This document shows positions 62,281-64,000 of a stretch of 64,000 nt of DNA, one piece after another (position 1 is the stretch's first letter; the number at the start of each line of letters is the position of its first letter). The position numbers were made by a program, and so were the translations under genes. Source of the DNA: Blasia pusilla (taxonomy: Eukaryota); the NCBI GenBank assembly GCA_050084515.1, contig CM114271.1, forward strand, positions 42,346,001 through 42,410,000, written 5' to 3'. The notes under the pieces are model-generated. The model saw only the letters and a list, made by a program, of their open reading frames with translations. It did not search any database and had not been told where the DNA came from.

Positions 62281-64000
62281 TGTGAGGTCTAGGAGGCCAT
62301 GTTGAGTAGGGTAACATGAGTATTCACGCTACCTCCTATTTTGAGCTCATTTGGAACTATTTGAGGAACTTGTTGTTTATGGTGAGTTTTCTATTAATAG
62401 AAACAAAGAAAAATAGGTAAAAACCCTAGTTTTTCCCGAGTAGTCAAATAGTCGGGAGCCGCAGCGGTAGCGCATTCTTGTATGTCGAGTTATCTCCCAG
62501 TTCAGGTTCCATCGAAGCTCTTCTGTGAGCGCACGGACGGACTAGGCCACTTTGTATCTCTAAGTTTTGTAAAGATTTCAGTGATTTCGTCACTTTCTGT
62601 TTTCTCACATGGTATGAGAGCAGTAGGTTTTCCAGTATTTTGTATCTGGCGATCTAGTGTGTTTGCACAAAATCTTGAGAGATGGCTACCTCTTCGTCAG
62701 TTCGTGCTCGCCCTCCTCCGCTGGATGAAGGGAAGTTAGATGGGTCTAACTATACGTTGTGGAAGTTCAAAATGAGAACTGTTCTCGAATCATTTGAGAT
62801 CTGGGAAACGGCCACAGGGGTCGATTCAAATCCACAAGCTAGTGTGAGTTCTGCATGTTCATCTTCATCTGGGGACATCGATCCTGTTGTATTATTGGCA
62901 TGGAGACGCAGAAATGCTGATGCTCTATATGCGATTGTCACGAATGTAACTGATTCTATCATGACTCTCATTCAACATACAACCACTACTGCTGAGGCGT
63001 GGAACATTTTGAAGAATCAGTATGAAACAAGGAATGAGACTCGGATTCAGAATCTGGAGAATCAGCTTACGTCCGAGAAATTTTCAGAAGGAGAAAGCGC
63101 GGAGCAATTTTTGACAAGGATCAAGAATCTTCAAGATCAGATGGCGTCCGTGGGAATTTCAAAGTCTAGCGAAGATTTGGCACGTCGGTGCATAAGGATT
63201 TTGCCTCCAAGGTATGACAGTTTGGTCACTGCACTGAATACTCAAGTAAGACCCACGCCGCTTACTTTTGAACAATTTAGTGCAATGTTGGTAGAAGAGG
63301 AAATGCGCTTCAAAGCAAGAGAGGGAAGTGACGCAGCATTTACTGCCAACGTACAGAGAGGTAGAAATCAGGATTACAGTTCAAATGTCAAAAAGAAATT
63401 TCCAAGAAAAACCTTCAAATGCTTTTATTGTGGTAAGCTAGGTCATGTTATCAAAGATTGTAGGAAGAGGAGTCAGGATGAGAAGAACGGTTGTTTAAGA
63501 CCTAAGAAGGAGTCTGGAAATTCTGTAGAACTGGGAGAACATGAAGTAGATGCTTGGGTAGCAATAGAAGAGTTTTGCACACAGGCAGAACATTCCACTA
63601 AGACAAAGAGTGAAGATGCATGGGTGCTCGATAGTGGAGCATCTAGGCATATGACCAATCATAAGGATTGGTATAGCTCCTTCTGACCTCTCAGAGCCCA
63701 TTGTTATTCTTGTTGGGAATAATGCAAAGTGCCCTGTAGAAGGGAAAGGCACAATTTCTTTAGTCTCACAAAAGGAGATGAAAAGAAGTTAAGCGATGTC
63801 TTCAGACGCACTAGAGTTGAAGCGAAATTTGATTTGATGGCGTATTATGTGATCGTGACCTAGAAGTTCGTTTCAAGAAAATCGAGCGATCATTGAGGAT
63901 GCCAATGGGAAAGTAGTGGGTGAAGGTATACGACGTGGAAATATCTACGAGTTGTATGCTTTCACGACAAGTGTAGGTACATATCTTAGTAGCAGTAAGT
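62281..64000 (+). mobile_element. 5' part of a Ty1/Copia element (LTR, PBS, gag-PR), continuing off the window
   Basis: LTR ends CTCACA at 62609 (start TGTGAG at 62281 is tentative); PBS TGGTATGAGAGC at 62610-62621. Confidence 0.85.
62682..63686 (+). CDS. Copia gag-protease; polyprotein truncated by TGA, disrupted downstream
   Basis: KLDGSNYTLWKFKM, LPPRYDSLV, CFYCGKLGHVIKDC, WVLDSGASRHMT. Confidence 0.9.
   Translation: MATSSSVRARPPPLDEGKLDGSNYTLWKFKMRTVLESFEIWETATGVDSNPQASVSSACSSSSGDIDPVVLLAWRRRNADALYAIVTNVTDSIMTLIQHTTTTAEAWNILKNQYETRNETRIQNLENQLTSEKFSEGESAEQFLTRIKNLQDQMASVGISKSSEDLARRCIRILPPRYDSLVTALNTQVRPTPLTFEQFSAMLVEEEMRFKAREGSDAAFTANVQRGRNQDYSSNVKKKFPRKTFKCFYCGKLGHVIKDCRKRSQDEKNGCLRPKKESGNSVELGEHEVDAWVAIEEFCTQAEHSTKTKSEDAWVLDSGASRHMTNHKDWYSSF

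Overview
Eukaryotic, TE-dense plant DNA. It looks like a bryophyte/moss genome, but that is inferred from TE types only. The only likely host gene is the 5' end of a minus-strand ferric-reductase(FRO)-like gene at the left edge. The rest is nested transposons: Copia remnants, a chromodomain Ty3/Gypsy element, a decayed Helitron RepHel, a PIF/Harbinger inserted in a related MITE, and a CACTA-like end. The standout is a Ty3/Gypsy-type family with one near-intact copy at 30141-39564 (minus strand), two decayed copies and one solo terminal unit. It has four unusual properties. (i) It encodes a DNMT3-like C5 cytosine methyltransferase inside pol, between protease and RT. (ii) It has a PHD finger at the integrase C-terminus. 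(iii) It appears to self-prime, Tf1-style, rather than use a tRNA. (iv) It has split terminal repeats A-internal-B-A-B rather than two LTRs. The PPT- and PBS-defined ends abut in a perfect 2-LTR-circle junction, while the TG..CA ends map to an internal CA-gt-TG site. This suggests integration by a DDE integrase from a circular intermediate. All calls are by eye; no database searches or alignments were run.
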